64,000 nucleotides of DNA from Candidatus Poribacteria bacterium (lineage in GTDB: Bacteria; Poribacteria; WGA-4E; PCPOR2b): contig OZ244587.1 in NCBI GenBank assembly GCA_965218095.1, positions 3,392,001-3,456,000 on the forward strand. The letters run 5' to 3'. The translations under genes were made by a program, and so were the position numbers. This document shows, one piece after another, positions 10,283-20,503 of the stretch; the first letter of the stretch is position 1, and each line of letters starts with the position of its first letter. The notes below the pieces were generated by a model. That model was not told the origin of the DNA. It ran no database searches and saw only the letters and a program-made list of their open reading frames with translations.

Positions 10283-11134
10283 CTACCTGGCCTCCCCCTT
10301 CCGAGACCGCTCCTGTAACTCATAGAGCGACGCACTCTTCTCTTTGTAGCGGGGGATAGGAAACTCCTTCATCGTAAAACGCGCAACCTCGGTTTGATCG
10401 CCACGCACCAGCCGCGTGTACGCTTCGATACGGCTGGTCATCTCCCCGTAATAGATGGGAAAGGCGTCAGCCGCCCGGTAACTGAGGATGAGCGTGCGTC
10501 GCGGACGATTCGACCGGTTGGCGATCGAGGCATGCGGGGTCATGCAGTGCATGAAGATGGCCGCGCCAGCTTTGCCCTTAATCAGCACCGCATGCGAGCT
10601 ATCGACCGCTTCCGTGGCTCCACCTTGAAAGTACCCGTCGCGCGCATGAGCAAGCAATGGCTCCTCGTGGCGGCCGGGTTGCATCTGCAGACAGCCGTTC
10701 TCCACATCGGCGTCATCCAGGTAAAACAGCACAGCGAGCGAATCTCGGTTCGTCAACGGGTAATAAGACAGGTCTTGGTGCCACTCCACGACTGACCCGA
10801 TTTCGGGAGGTTTCATATTGAGCTTGCTGTAGTGAAACAGAAGGTTGGGACCAAGCAACTGCTCGACGCTGTCCAACAATTTGTCGGACTCGGATAACTC
10901 TCTGAACAGGGGGTAATGGGAGCACGGCTCATAAAGCCGACGGACTTTGGCGCCATCCCGGGGCTGGTCCGGCTCCATTTCCATTCGGTCTTTATCATGA
11001 TTGACAAGTGTGGCGCCGTGAATAATCTTCTCGGTTTCGGTCAGTAACTCGGCAACCTCATCCGAATTCAAGAAATCCGGGTAAACGGTGTATCCGTTCT
11101 GATGGTATTCAGTGATTTGGGCTTCGGTTAACAT
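10283..11134 (-). CDS. Phytanoyl-CoA dioxygenase (PhyH) family
   Basis: WHQD, LDDA.VENGCL, distal H (TPHAS), R in RRTL. Confidence 0.9.
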   Translation of the reverse strand: MLTEAQITEYHQNGYTVYPDFLNSDEVAELLTETEKIIHGATLVNHDKDRMEMEPDQPRDGAKVRRLYEPCSHYPLFRELSESDKLLDSVEQLLGPNLLFHYSKLNMKPPEIGSVVEWHQDLSYYPLTNRDSLAVLFYLDDADVENGCLQMQPGRHEEPLLAHARDGYFQGGATEAVDSSHAVLIKGKAGAAIFMHCMTPHASIANRSNRPRRTLILSYRAADAFPIYYGEMTSRIEAYTRLVRGDQTEVARFTMKEFPIPRYKEKSASLYELQERSRKGEAR

Positions 11135-11209
11135 CACGATCTCCTACTCAATGCTAATGCTGCGGGGTTATCCTGGTTCGTTATCTAATCTTGCGGCCAA
11201 GACCCATCC

Positions 11210-11274
11210 CTAACCCCTTGAGAAGGGGGGACAGACAACATTCCCCTTCTCAGACCCCCTTGACAGGGGGTTAG
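11210..11274. repeat. Miniature inverted-repeat element (CTAACCCC...GGGGTTAG), copy 1
   Basis: Terminal inverted repeats with internal hairpins; related copy at 43353-43419. Confidence 0.65.
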
Positions 11275-11291
11275 ACGTTGAGACTCAAAAA

Positions 11292-11325
11292 AATCCCAAT
11301 GTCTTTAGACTTGGGAGTATGTCAA
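11292..11325 (+). mobile_element. Probable IS200/IS605-family end relic
   Basis: AATCCCAATGTCTTTAGACTTGGGAGTATGTCAA: subterminal hairpin followed by TCAA. Confidence 0.5.
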
Positions 11326-11660
11326 TATACCGATTTAGGATTGGAGTTGCACATTGAGGGGAAGGAAGAAAAGAACTTTCTTCCTCATCCTTCCTTTCTT
11401 CCTTTTCCTCCAACTTAACACAGATTATGCGAAAAGTCAAACATAAATCGGCCCAACGGAGATCGGTTGTCCGCTGGGCAACCTGCAGGTCTTGCTAGAC
11501 GCCTTCGGTAAGGGTAATCTGGTAAACTTTTGCTGTGATGCCGCCGGCAATCATCAGCGGCAAATCCGCGCCAATTGGCCGGTGGTCATGTGCCACCACG
11601 ATGATTGCACGGTGGTGAATTGGGTCAGCAGAGGCTTCAATCGCTTTCATTCGTCTTTGC

Positions 11661-12086
11661 CTATTTCGTGATAATCAGATAAAGACCACTACAGACAAGA
11701 AACACGCCGATAACATACCGCAAAGTGAGCGGTTCTTTCAGCAGCACCAAGCCAGCCAAACTCGCCAGCAATATTCCCCCAAGCCGGATGACGGGTGAGC
11801 CAACAGAAATTGGTACCCCTGCACCAAAGGTGGCGTACAGCCCCAAAGTCACCCCACTAAATGCGAATCCTACGCCTAAAGCCGCCAAGACACCCGATGT
11901 TTGGGCATATTGCGGTACGCCGAAAGCCCATTGCCACAGCGCCCAACCGAGCCCTGTCAGGAATGTGCTGCTTCCGTACAATAATAGCGCCACACTGTTG
12001 GAGAGCTTACCTGCTGCCAGTTTGACGAAAAGATCAGCGGCGGCCAATGCGAATGCTGTGGCCACTGCATATTTAATCCAAGCCAA
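11661..12086 (-). CDS. EamA/DMT-family small membrane transporter
   Basis: About 5 hydrophobic helices; LLKEPLT...IGV motif. Confidence 0.8.
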   Translation of the reverse strand: MAWIKYAVATAFALAAADLFVKLAAGKLSNSVALLLYGSSTFLTGLGWALWQWAFGVPQYAQTSGVLAALGVGFAFSGVTLGLYATFGAGVPISVGSPVIRLGGILLASLAGLVLLKEPLTLRYVIGVFLVCSGLYLIITK

Positions 12087-12371
12087 ATTTGACTCCTATC
12101 AGCAACTCCAACTGCCCTACCCGTGAAAAGGCAGTAATTTCTGGTTAAGATTTTGCTGTGCGGTAAATCTGCCTTTTTTGGGGGCAATTGGAGCATTGAC
12201 AATTGTAGATTCAAATCAAATGTACTTTACCAAAGTTAACGGATTTTCTGTAAAGATTTTTATCATCAGTTACCCATAAATCGGTAGCCATAAAAATTGG
12301 TGTAACAATTCATAAATTTGGGCGATGAGCAATTTTCTAACCAGAAATTACTGAGCGGCAACGTAAAACAC

Positions 12372-14042
12372 CTATCTGATGCGGAAATGGCTTCCCGCAA
12401 TGAAGCGAGTGCCGCCGAAGTTATTCCCGTCGGGCAAGGTGTAGTAATAGGCGATGAAGATGCGTCCATCATCGAGCTCACAGCCGACAGGGTAGCCCAG
12501 ATCGCCGTGACTAGCATCATCACGGATAACAAATTCCTCGCTCCACGTCACGCCCCCGTCCGAGCTAAGGACGCCACCGATGCCCATCGGCAGCCGCCGC
12601 CGAGCAAACACGACGAGGATACGACCATCCTTGAGTTGCATCGGCCATGGCGAGCGGTAAATGACCCCACCGCCGCGGGGATCCTTCCAACACCCACCCC
12701 CCGTCCCTACGATGGGCACAGGTGCGCTCCAAGTCTCACCGCTATCCTTCGACACTGACATGCATATCGCGTTCTTGAGGCCGTCCACGATCTGGTCACT
12801 CCGTGCGATGTGCAGGAAGTAGCATTGCAAGTCGCCATTGGGTGACAGTAGTAGACCAGCATACGTGAAGCGTCGGTCTACAGCCACGCGACTCAAGAAA
12901 TTCCACATGATGCCGTTATCTGTGGATGCGTAGATGGCCGGTCCGCCCGGCTGTGCAATGCTCATTGCTGCTAGCAGCGTTTTACCGTCTGGCATGCGCA
13001 CGACCGGGTGACAGTCCTTATGCACCCAGACCTTCTCGCCGTCCGGATGCTTGATGATGGTCGGCGCCTCTTCCCATGTTCTACCCTTGTCCGGTGAGCG
13101 TAGAGCAAAGCAGACTGGCACGCCGCCCCGATCCTCCGGCAGGTAGGTCCGGCCAAAGAAAAACACCGACTCCGGCTGGAACATATCGTACTGCTCGCGC
13201 GGCGCGCCCTTCTGGTAGAGGAAAGCGCGCTTCTCCTCCGACGACATCGTTTCGTCGTATACGGTCACGTCGTCTCCTTCAGGCCACGTCGCCCCACCGT
13301 CGACAGAGCGCTGAAGGAGGGCGACCGCGCGGCTGTGATACCCCCCTAAGTCATGCCTCACGTCGGAGGGAACTTGATAGTTACACAGCGCGTGGTTGTG
13401 CCCAACGACAATCTCCCTGTCGCTGAAAGACTTAAAGATTGCCTGCCGTGGATGGCCACAATATGTTTTCTCGTCATAGTGGAGCTTGAAGTGCTGCACG
13501 TCGTATATCTCCGGACGTGGCGCCAGGGAGGACTTCTGCTGTTGCTTAACTTTGTCGAGCGCTTCCTTGGCGGCATCGTGGCCCCGCTCATCGTCGCCTT
13601 CCTTTGCTAGTTGAACCCTGCGGAGAGTCACTTGGCTGGGGCTTTTAATCTTCAAGGCTTGCGCCAGATACCCCTCGTTGATGGCTATTTTTAACAGATT
13701 CTGACTGCGACTGAAACGCACGAGGTAATCGCCTGTCGGAACATCACCGTAGTTTGAGATGTATAGACAACGGATCTTCTGTCCATCTTCAAATGTGACT
13801 TCGAGGGTGTCTCCCAGTTCCCATCTAAGTGCGGTAAATTGAGAAGGTTCGATATTGGTCACGGCGTTACTATGATCGTCGCTTTCAATGATTTGAGCGA
13901 CGATTTGGCTTTCGCTTTCAGCTTCGATGTCGCCCGCCGTGCCGTGCTCACTTTCTGACTGGAGGGATTTCCCGCCGGGAGTGATCAACCCTATCGTCAG
14001 GATGGTCAAAGCGAAAACATGAAAAGGCGTGTTGTGTTTCAT
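12372..14042 (-). CDS. Secreted BNR/Asp-box (sialidase-fold) protein with an N-terminal SAM hydroxide adenosyltransferase C-terminal-like domain
   Basis: Signal peptide; Asp boxes SVDGGATW, SPDKGRTW, STDNGIMW, SKDSGETW, SSDGGVTW; YGDVPTGD...LKIAINEG segment. Confidence 0.8.
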   Translation of the reverse strand: MKHNTPFHVFALTILTIGLITPGGKSLQSESEHGTAGDIEAESESQIVAQIIESDDHSNAVTNIEPSQFTALRWELGDTLEVTFEDGQKIRCLYISNYGDVPTGDYLVRFSRSQNLLKIAINEGYLAQALKIKSPSQVTLRRVQLAKEGDDERGHDAAKEALDKVKQQQKSSLAPRPEIYDVQHFKLHYDEKTYCGHPRQAIFKSFSDREIVVGHNHALCNYQVPSDVRHDLGGYHSRAVALLQRSVDGGATWPEGDDVTVYDETMSSEEKRAFLYQKGAPREQYDMFQPESVFFFGRTYLPEDRGGVPVCFALRSPDKGRTWEEAPTIIKHPDGEKVWVHKDCHPVVRMPDGKTLLAAMSIAQPGGPAIYASTDNGIMWNFLSRVAVDRRFTYAGLLLSPNGDLQCYFLHIARSDQIVDGLKNAICMSVSKDSGETWSAPVPIVGTGGGCWKDPRGGGVIYRSPWPMQLKDGRILVVFARRRLPMGIGGVLSSDGGVTWSEEFVIRDDASHGDLGYPVGCELDDGRIFIAYYYTLPDGNNFGGTRFIAGSHFRIR

Positions 14043-14379
14043 AGGAAATCTCCTTAGAATTTCGGGTGATAGTTATCGGTGGATGTATCGGGATCGATGA
14101 GATGCCGCCGTTTCATATCAGGGTTGTACCAGACAGCGAACCAATCGAAGCCCTTCTCCCAGTGTCCGTCTTGCCGTTGTTTCCGAATCTGTCCGCGGAT
14201 CCGTCGTCTTCGCTCATGCAGATTAAATGCTGTCCGTCGTCCACCGGCAACACCGACAACCTGCCGATTACCGATTCGGTCTATCGTGTTCTGAACGAGC
14301 ACAGCCTGCCCCGATCTATCGGGGGACTCCCGGACCGGGGTTCCACATTCTACAATACGAACTGAAAAAGTCGTATGAA

Positions 14380-15153
14380 TTATCGCATACCGAGCTGGAT
14401 CTTCAGCAACCGGTGGAGTTCTTCGATGGGACGTTTATGGTCATCGACCCGCAGATCGATATACCGATCATTGAAGCCGCTGTATCCGCCGCCCTCGCGC
14501 ACGACAAGCAACGCCGCGGATTGCTGTCCACGCCGATCTCCACCTGTTTCTTGTCCCGCGATAAGGGCAGCCATGAGCTTTTCTGCCAACTCCCCCTCCG
14601 TCTCTTCAAACGCTTCGCCGATCGCTTTGACGACTTCTCCGCTGACCAAGATGTTGCCCTGTGCGGTGTGGTTTTCCCCTTTGACTCCGCCCGCCCATTC
14701 CAGACATTCATCGCCGGTGTAGTTAGCCGGATTGCCTTTTGCGTCAATGATACCGACCTGACGCTGCGATCTGCCATTGTCGTCTGCGATTAACCGATCC
14801 AGCGCTTGTTGCGCGGTGAGTCCGCTTTCAAGCATCTCCAGGCCTTTTGGCCCATAAGTCGTGTTCCCCCACGCCTGGGTTGCGATTGCGCCGACGCCTG
14901 CCTTTGCCCAGGGGACAACAGATCCAACGGCGAAGAATTTAGACTGAACGGCAACCCCGAGATCTCCATTCTCCGGATCGCGCCCAACGATTGAAAAAGT
15001 TGCCACAGGGGAAACGTGGGATCTGACACTTGGCTGATAACATCCAATGCCAGCGAATGCGATAATACCCATACAGGTTGTCATACAAACAAGCCAGATA
15101 GCGTGCAAACATCCTTCCATTCTTCCCTTCCTTCCTTTCCTTCCATTCCTCAC
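14380..15153 (-). CDS. DUF1028 / Ntn-hydrolase-like protein (start uncertain)
   Basis: TFSIVGRDPENGDLGVAVQSKF, GGDRRGQQSAAL, DLRVDDH. Confidence 0.88.
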   Translation of the reverse strand: MRNGRKGRKGRMEGCLHAIWLVCMTTCMGIIAFAGIGCYQPSVRSHVSPVATFSIVGRDPENGDLGVAVQSKFFAVGSVVPWAKAGVGAIATQAWGNTTYGPKGLEMLESGLTAQQALDRLIADDNGRSQRQVGIIDAKGNPANYTGDECLEWAGGVKGENHTAQGNILVSGEVVKAIGEAFEETEGELAEKLMAALIAGQETGGDRRGQQSAALLVVREGGGYSGFNDRYIDLRVDDHKRPIEELHRLLKIQLGMR

Positions 15154-16472
15154 GACTTTGGTTCGATCTCGTCCTGACCATTATCAAATCGTATCGTCAT
15201 CGCCGCTGCATGCCCATCAAGCCCTTCGACCTGCGCCAACTTGACCACAGCCGGTGTTACTTTTTCTAACGCGGTTTTGGTATAAAAGATAACACTTGTC
15301 TTTTTCAGGAAGTCATCGACGCTCAACGGCGATGCATATCTTGCCGCCCCGCCTGTCGGCAGCACATGGTTGGGACCGGCGATGTAATCGCCGACAGATT
15401 CCGGGGTGTAGGGACCAAGCATGATTGCGCCGGCGTTACGAATTGCGCCGATCCACTCAAACGGGTTTTCCACCTCTAACTCAACGTGTTCAGGAGCAAT
15501 ATCGTTAGCAAGTGCAACCGCTTCATCCAGATCCGCAACGACGAACGCTACACCGTAGTTTTCAAAAGCGCCAGTCAATTCAGCTTGGCGCGGCAATTCC
15601 TTCATCTGCGATTCAATCTCACTGCAAACCTGTTCAGCAAGCCCCCGCGATGTGGTGACAAGAATCGCCGAGCAATCTTCACTGTGTTCTGCCTGCGAAA
15701 TCAAATCCGCGGCGATATAAGTAGGTTCTGCGGTTTGATCAGCAATGACGAGGACTTCACTTGGGCCCGCCAGTTTGTCGATATCCACTAGACCGTAGAC
15801 CTCCTTCTTGGCGAGTTGGACATAAAGATTGCCCGGTCCCACAATTTTGTCCACTTTCGGGATGGCATCCGTCCCATAAGCCATTGTACCGACCGCCTGG
15901 GCGCCGCCACATTTGTAAATCTCGCCAACCCCGCATTCTGCCGCGGCGACAAGCATGTGCGGATCAATCTTCCGATTTCGCATCGGTCCCATGAAGGCCG
16001 CAATCTCCTCAACGCCCGCGACTTTCGCAGGAACCACACACATCATCAGTGAGGAAACCAACAACTGACTCACGGAAGGCACGCATACGCCGACGCGCTT
16101 CAGCGGACGGATGAGGTGTCCTAAAAGGACCCCATCCGCTTCGGTGGACAGCCACGAATTCCGCGACTGCTTCTGATGAAACCACTCAATGTTCGTCTGC
16201 GCCAGCTTGACCGCATCAAGGAATTCCGAATCGACCTGCGCGTATGCGTCATTGATTTCCTCGTCTGTGACTCGCAACTCTTTGACGGATATTCGTGGAG
16301 CGTCAAACCTGCGCGTATATTTGATGACGGCTTTATCGCCATTTTTCTGGACATCCTGCAATATCCGACGGACGGTTCTCAGAATGCTCTGGTCTTCCAA
16401 CTGGCCGCGAAGATTGAGCTTTTCGATGAAAACCTTTGCCTCTTCGGAATGTGCATCAAGAATTCTGATCAT
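15150..16472 (-). CDS. hisD: Histidinol dehydrogenase
   Basis: GGAQA, KIVGPGNLYV, AGPSE, SQAEH, APEH, GDYIAGPNHVLPT. Confidence 0.96.
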   Translation of the reverse strand: MIRILDAHSEEAKVFIEKLNLRGQLEDQSILRTVRRILQDVQKNGDKAVIKYTRRFDAPRISVKELRVTDEEINDAYAQVDSEFLDAVKLAQTNIEWFHQKQSRNSWLSTEADGVLLGHLIRPLKRVGVCVPSVSQLLVSSLMMCVVPAKVAGVEEIAAFMGPMRNRKIDPHMLVAAAECGVGEIYKCGGAQAVGTMAYGTDAIPKVDKIVGPGNLYVQLAKKEVYGLVDIDKLAGPSEVLVIADQTAEPTYIAADLISQAEHSEDCSAILVTTSRGLAEQVCSEIESQMKELPRQAELTGAFENYGVAFVVADLDEAVALANDIAPEHVELEVENPFEWIGAIRNAGAIMLGPYTPESVGDYIAGPNHVLPTGGAARYASPLSVDDFLKKTSVIFYTKTALEKVTPAVVKLAQVEGLDGHAAAMTIRFDNGQDEIEPKS

Positions 16473-16829
16473 GACAAGCTCCTTGTCCCTTGTCAAAACG
16501 GGGTTTTACCTTGTGTTCTGTCTGTTTTGATGAAATGTATTTTCCAATTGACACTTTAGTCCGAATATGTTAGATTTCAGCAGAAATATTACATGATAAG
16601 GAGCTATAAATCAAACAAAAGTTCATTATTTGTTTGGAAACTTTCCTTTGGATATGATACCATAGCACGAGTCGAAATTCCCCCTAATTTGAGTGCTGAT
16701 GTTCACCTTCGTCTTGAACTAGGCGCATTTGAACATTTTTTTAAGGCGTTGAAAACCTTCAAAAGGTGTCATTAAAGGGTTAACCAACCTTGTCCGTGTG
16801 CTGAACAGTTTCTTACAGGAGTAAATAGC

Positions 16830-17834
16830 ATGCAGAGACAATGTATCAGTATCCTCATCTTCTTTGTTACGGTCACTTTTCTGCTTGTCGGGGCAGGCTC
16901 CCAGAGCGTCCGCGCCGCAAAGTCCAAACGGATTGGATTAATTTATGATGTCGGTGGGCGTGGCGATCTCTCATTTTGTGACGCCGCATACGCTGGCGCC
17001 AAGAAAGCTGTCGATCTGTGGAAACTCGACCTTAAAGAAATCACCCCCGGACAGAGTACAGACATCGAAAGAGTCTTGAGACAACTCGCTCGGTTAAAAT
17101 TTGATCTCATCATCGGGGTCGGTTTTCTCTTTCAAGAACCGATGAGTCGAGTCGCTGCCGAATTTCCAAACGCAAGGTTTGCAATCGTTGATGTCGAAGC
17201 CGAAGGGCAGAATGTTGCCTCGCTGATTTTCAAAGCGCATGAGGGCGCCTACCTTGTCGGCGCAATTGCTGCGCTGAAAACGGAGACGAATAAGATTGGA
17301 TTTATCGGTGGGATGAATATCCCGCTGTTGCATAGCTTTGAGGCGGGCTATCGCGCTGGCGCAAAGGCAATCAACCCGGAGGTTGAAGTATTTGTTGATT
17401 ACGCGGGCGTTACGCCCCAAGCCTTCAGCGACCCCGCTAAAGGGAAAGAACTCGGGCTGGGGCAGTACAACAAAGGTGTGGACGTAATCATGGCGGGGGC
17501 AGGTGCAACGAGTCTGGGCATCCTTGAAGCCGCGAAAAAAGAGAAGAAATACATCATCTGGGTAGATGCAAACGGGAATCACCTCGCGCCGGGGTTTGTC
17601 CTGACGAGCATGATCAAGGGTGTGGAATTGTCAGTGTACCAAACAATCGAGAGCGTCGTTGAGGGAAAATTTACCGGTGGAACAAAGGTATACGGTCTGA
17701 AGGAGGGTGGGATTGAATACATTGTTGATGACAACAATCGGGAGTTGTTTTCTGAGGGGATCTTGAAGCGCGTTGAAAGACTCAAACAGAAAATTATCAA
17801 CGGAAAGATTGTTGTGCCGTCGGAAAGAAAATAA
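16830..17834 (+). CDS. BMP family ABC transporter substrate-binding protein
   Basis: GGRGDLSF, IGFIGGMNIP, FSDPAKGKEL; N-terminal signal sequence. Confidence 0.9.
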   Translation: MQRQCISILIFFVTVTFLLVGAGSQSVRAAKSKRIGLIYDVGGRGDLSFCDAAYAGAKKAVDLWKLDLKEITPGQSTDIERVLRQLARLKFDLIIGVGFLFQEPMSRVAAEFPNARFAIVDVEAEGQNVASLIFKAHEGAYLVGAIAALKTETNKIGFIGGMNIPLLHSFEAGYRAGAKAINPEVEVFVDYAGVTPQAFSDPAKGKELGLGQYNKGVDVIMAGAGATSLGILEAAKKEKKYIIWVDANGNHLAPGFVLTSMIKGVELSVYQTIESVVEGKFTGGTKVYGLKEGGIEYIVDDNNRELFSEGILKRVERLKQKIINGKIVVPSERK

Positions 17835-18473
17835 AGTGAGATTTGCGTTCGCCAAGGGAAAGATTACCTTCGGACAAACCGGGTTTTATCAGGAGCATCC
17901 CTGATTAAGGTTCGCGGTGCGACGCCCCCCTCTGTCTCTCCCCCCAAACTTGGGTGGAGACCAAACGTGCGATGAATTGCACGACTACGAAGTAATCAGC
18001 ACAAGTCGTCAATATCCATTTTTTTATCAAATGGCTGAAACCGACAAAGGAGGATATAAAATGAGATGTCCAAATGGTATTACAATTCTCAGTCTCGTGT
18101 TTCTGTTTGCAATGAGCGGTTCGATGGCGCAAGGCGCCGTTGCCGGTGCACAGATTGAGTTTATCGCTGACGAAGCCAACTTCGTCAACGGTGACTGGAA
18201 GAGCATCGGCGTAGCCGGCAAGAAACTGAAAGGTGGGGCGGTGTCAAAACACGGTATTAGAAGCATTTGAGAAAAACTATATGCGCGGCTATCAAGGGGG
18301 TTAACAGACCTCTTTGATTGTCCGCATTCGTGGGTACGAAACACCAAAGCGGATGGTCAATTGAAGGTGGATAACCCCTTCGTCGATATTATTGCTAGAA
18401 ACTGTCAAAGTCGAGTCTGAAGGTGTCTCATACCAGACCGTTCACGGTTCAATTCGACAGGTGTGAACCATTA

Positions 18474-19007
18474 TCATGGCTGATGTTCACCTTCTTGATG
18501 GTGTTTCCTGCGTTGATGATGCCTTCTGCCCCGACGGTGTTGAGCGTCTCTATCGAAACGCTTGCCGCGATGATTAAGCCGTTCTTGATGACGACTGTGT
18601 CCCCAATGGTGGGAACTCATCAGTTTCGCCCGCTGTTGCTTCGTCAATATCTTTGCCACTTGAAGATGGCGGCGCGTCATCTTTTCACGGATTTGTTTCT
18701 CCACCGAAGCAATCTCATTGGTCTTGGCAATAATGGCATCTTCATCGAGTTCGTCCGCTGTCCACAATTGCCTCAATTCCAACTTTTTGATTTTCATCTC
18801 GGACCGTAAAGGCAGCACTTGCTTGGCGACATCAATGCGGAGTGACTGCAATTTTTCAACCTGTTGTTCGGTCAATGTTTTCCTCAACTCACGCGGGAGA
18901 TGGAATTTGACGCCCCTGCTATGTTTGCCAAACGGCTGTGAAAGGCCGACGGAGGCGATAAGACCGACGATAAGGCAGGTGATGAGTATGCTGACAACAA
19001 CTTTCAT
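18474..19007 (-). CDS. Spy/CpxP-like periplasmic helical protein with His/Arg-rich tail
   Basis: Signal peptide; LTEQQ and LTKQQ (LTxxQ) motifs. Confidence 0.8.
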   Translation of the reverse strand: MKVVVSILITCLIVGLIASVGLSQPFGKHSRGVKFHLPRELRKTLTEQQVEKLQSLRIDVAKQVLPLRSEMKIKKLELRQLWTADELDEDAIIAKTNEIASVEKQIREKMTRRHLQVAKILTKQQRAKLMSSHHWGHSRHQERLNHRGKRFDRDAQHRRGRRHHQRRKHHQEGEHQP

Positions 19008-19163
19008 TTTGAAACACTCCTTCGATTTAGTAATGATAATTTGTTTTTCTGTGTTGCTGTTCCTTTAGACAAGCAATGACAGAAATTGTTCGTACAAAAT
19101 ACGCATTTGTTGTCGATTTGCTAGAAGCCGCACCACCATTATGGTGAAGAGAAAGAAACCATC

Positions 19164-19199
19164 ACGCCGTCAGTGTCTTTTTTCACTGGCGGCTTTTTT
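19164..19199 (+). terminator. Rho-independent terminator upstream of cas6
   Basis: GCCGTCAGTG-loop-CACTGGCGGC stem followed by a T6 run. Confidence 0.65.
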
Positions 19200-19330
19200 G
19201 TTCCACCATTATCAGACGTTTTCACTTGACATTTAACGCAGCGTCAGTTTGTAATTGGCTATGCTTTTTGCAACCAATCATCTCCCAATGACGCGATCAA
19301 AAGCGGACAATATGAGAAAAGGAAACGACA

Positions 19331-20314
19331 ATGAACCCACTTCAAAACTTCCGCCTCGCACGCTACCGTGTGATTTTAACAGCGCTTTCGACGATTTTGA
19401 TGCCGCCCTACGCCGGCTCCACATACCGTGGCGGATTCGGTCACGCATTCCGCAAGATGGTTTGTACCCAGGGTCCAATCGACTGTGGAGATTGCACGCT
19501 CAAAGCGGTCTGCCCATACCCATATATCTTCGAGACCGCCCCATTCGAGGGCGCGCAGCAGCTACGAACCTACGGCGACGTGCCGCGCCCGTTTGTCATT
19601 GACCCACTCGGAACACGCGGCGAATACCGGCGGGGCGAATCATTTGCGTTTCGTCTCACCCTCATTGGTCGCGCCATCGACTATCTCCCCTATTTTCTGG
19701 TCAGCTTCCGCGAGTTAGGAGAGATTGGTATCGGCAAAAGACGCGGGCGTTTCCAGTTGACCCAAGTCATCGCGGATGAGGAAGGTTTTATCTTTCCACA
19801 ATCCTGTAAATCCTTGAATCCTGATGGGGAATCGATCTACACATCGGAGACGCAAACGGTACACAATCTCGATAACGCCCTGAGTTTCGACGACATTCAG
19901 CGGGAAGCGGAATCTTTGCCAACCGACTCATTGACCGTGCACCTACTCACCCCAACACGCATCACGCACGAGGGGGAGTTGACGGACAAACTCCCGTTCC
20001 ACATCTTCTGGCGACGGTTGATTGGACGCATCTCCGCGTTGGCGTATTTCCACTGTGGCGAATCGCTGAAACTGGATTTTAAGGGGCTCATCGCGCAGGC
20101 GGAGACGGTCGAGACGGTTCAGAGCGGGTTACGTTGGCACGATTGGACGCGCTATTCGTCGCGTCAGAATCAGAAGATGCAACTCGGCGGGTTGGTCGGG
20201 AGTGTGACGTATGCAGGGGATTTGGGGGTGTTCACCCCGTTTATGGCGTTGGGTGCGTTTCTGCATGTGGGCAAAAACGCGACCTTTGGACTTGGAAAGT
20301 ATCAAATTCGATGA
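19331..20314 (+). CDS. cas6: CRISPR endoribonuclease Cas6
   Basis: GSTYRGGFG, C..C....C.Y, PRPFV, TPTRI, C-terminal Gly-rich loop HVGKNATFGLG. Confidence 0.95.
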   Translation: MNPLQNFRLARYRVILTALSTILMPPYAGSTYRGGFGHAFRKMVCTQGPIDCGDCTLKAVCPYPYIFETAPFEGAQQLRTYGDVPRPFVIDPLGTRGEYRRGESFAFRLTLIGRAIDYLPYFLVSFRELGEIGIGKRRGRFQLTQVIADEEGFIFPQSCKSLNPDGESIYTSETQTVHNLDNALSFDDIQREAESLPTDSLTVHLLTPTRITHEGELTDKLPFHIFWRRLIGRISALAYFHCGESLKLDFKGLIAQAETVETVQSGLRWHDWTRYSSRQNQKMQLGGLVGSVTYAGDLGVFTPFMALGAFLHVGKNATFGLGKYQIR

Positions 20315-20503
20315 GGTTTTGCTTGCGATGTCAAATTTTTTGAAAGAGACTAACTTAGGCGATGCAGAGATCGCACAAATCTTTGAGGGGTGCGTGGAAA
20401 ATTTGGCAATTCGAGCACAACGACGCCCTGGGCCCACATCAAAGTTCAGGCAGGACGTTAGTCGAGAGGCAATGGCAGATTCTGAATAAGGAGATCACAC
20501 CAA

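Noticed and set aside
14305-14330. TGCCCCGAT-ctatcg-GGGGACT resembling a solitary CRISPR repeat core
   Set aside because: Lacks the GTTTCAA and GAAAG ends and fits the CCCGAT-n-ATCGGG dispersed palindrome family better.
15113-15150. CTTCC-rich low-complexity tract (similar one at about 11360-11410)
   Set aside because: Simple sequence with no supportable function.
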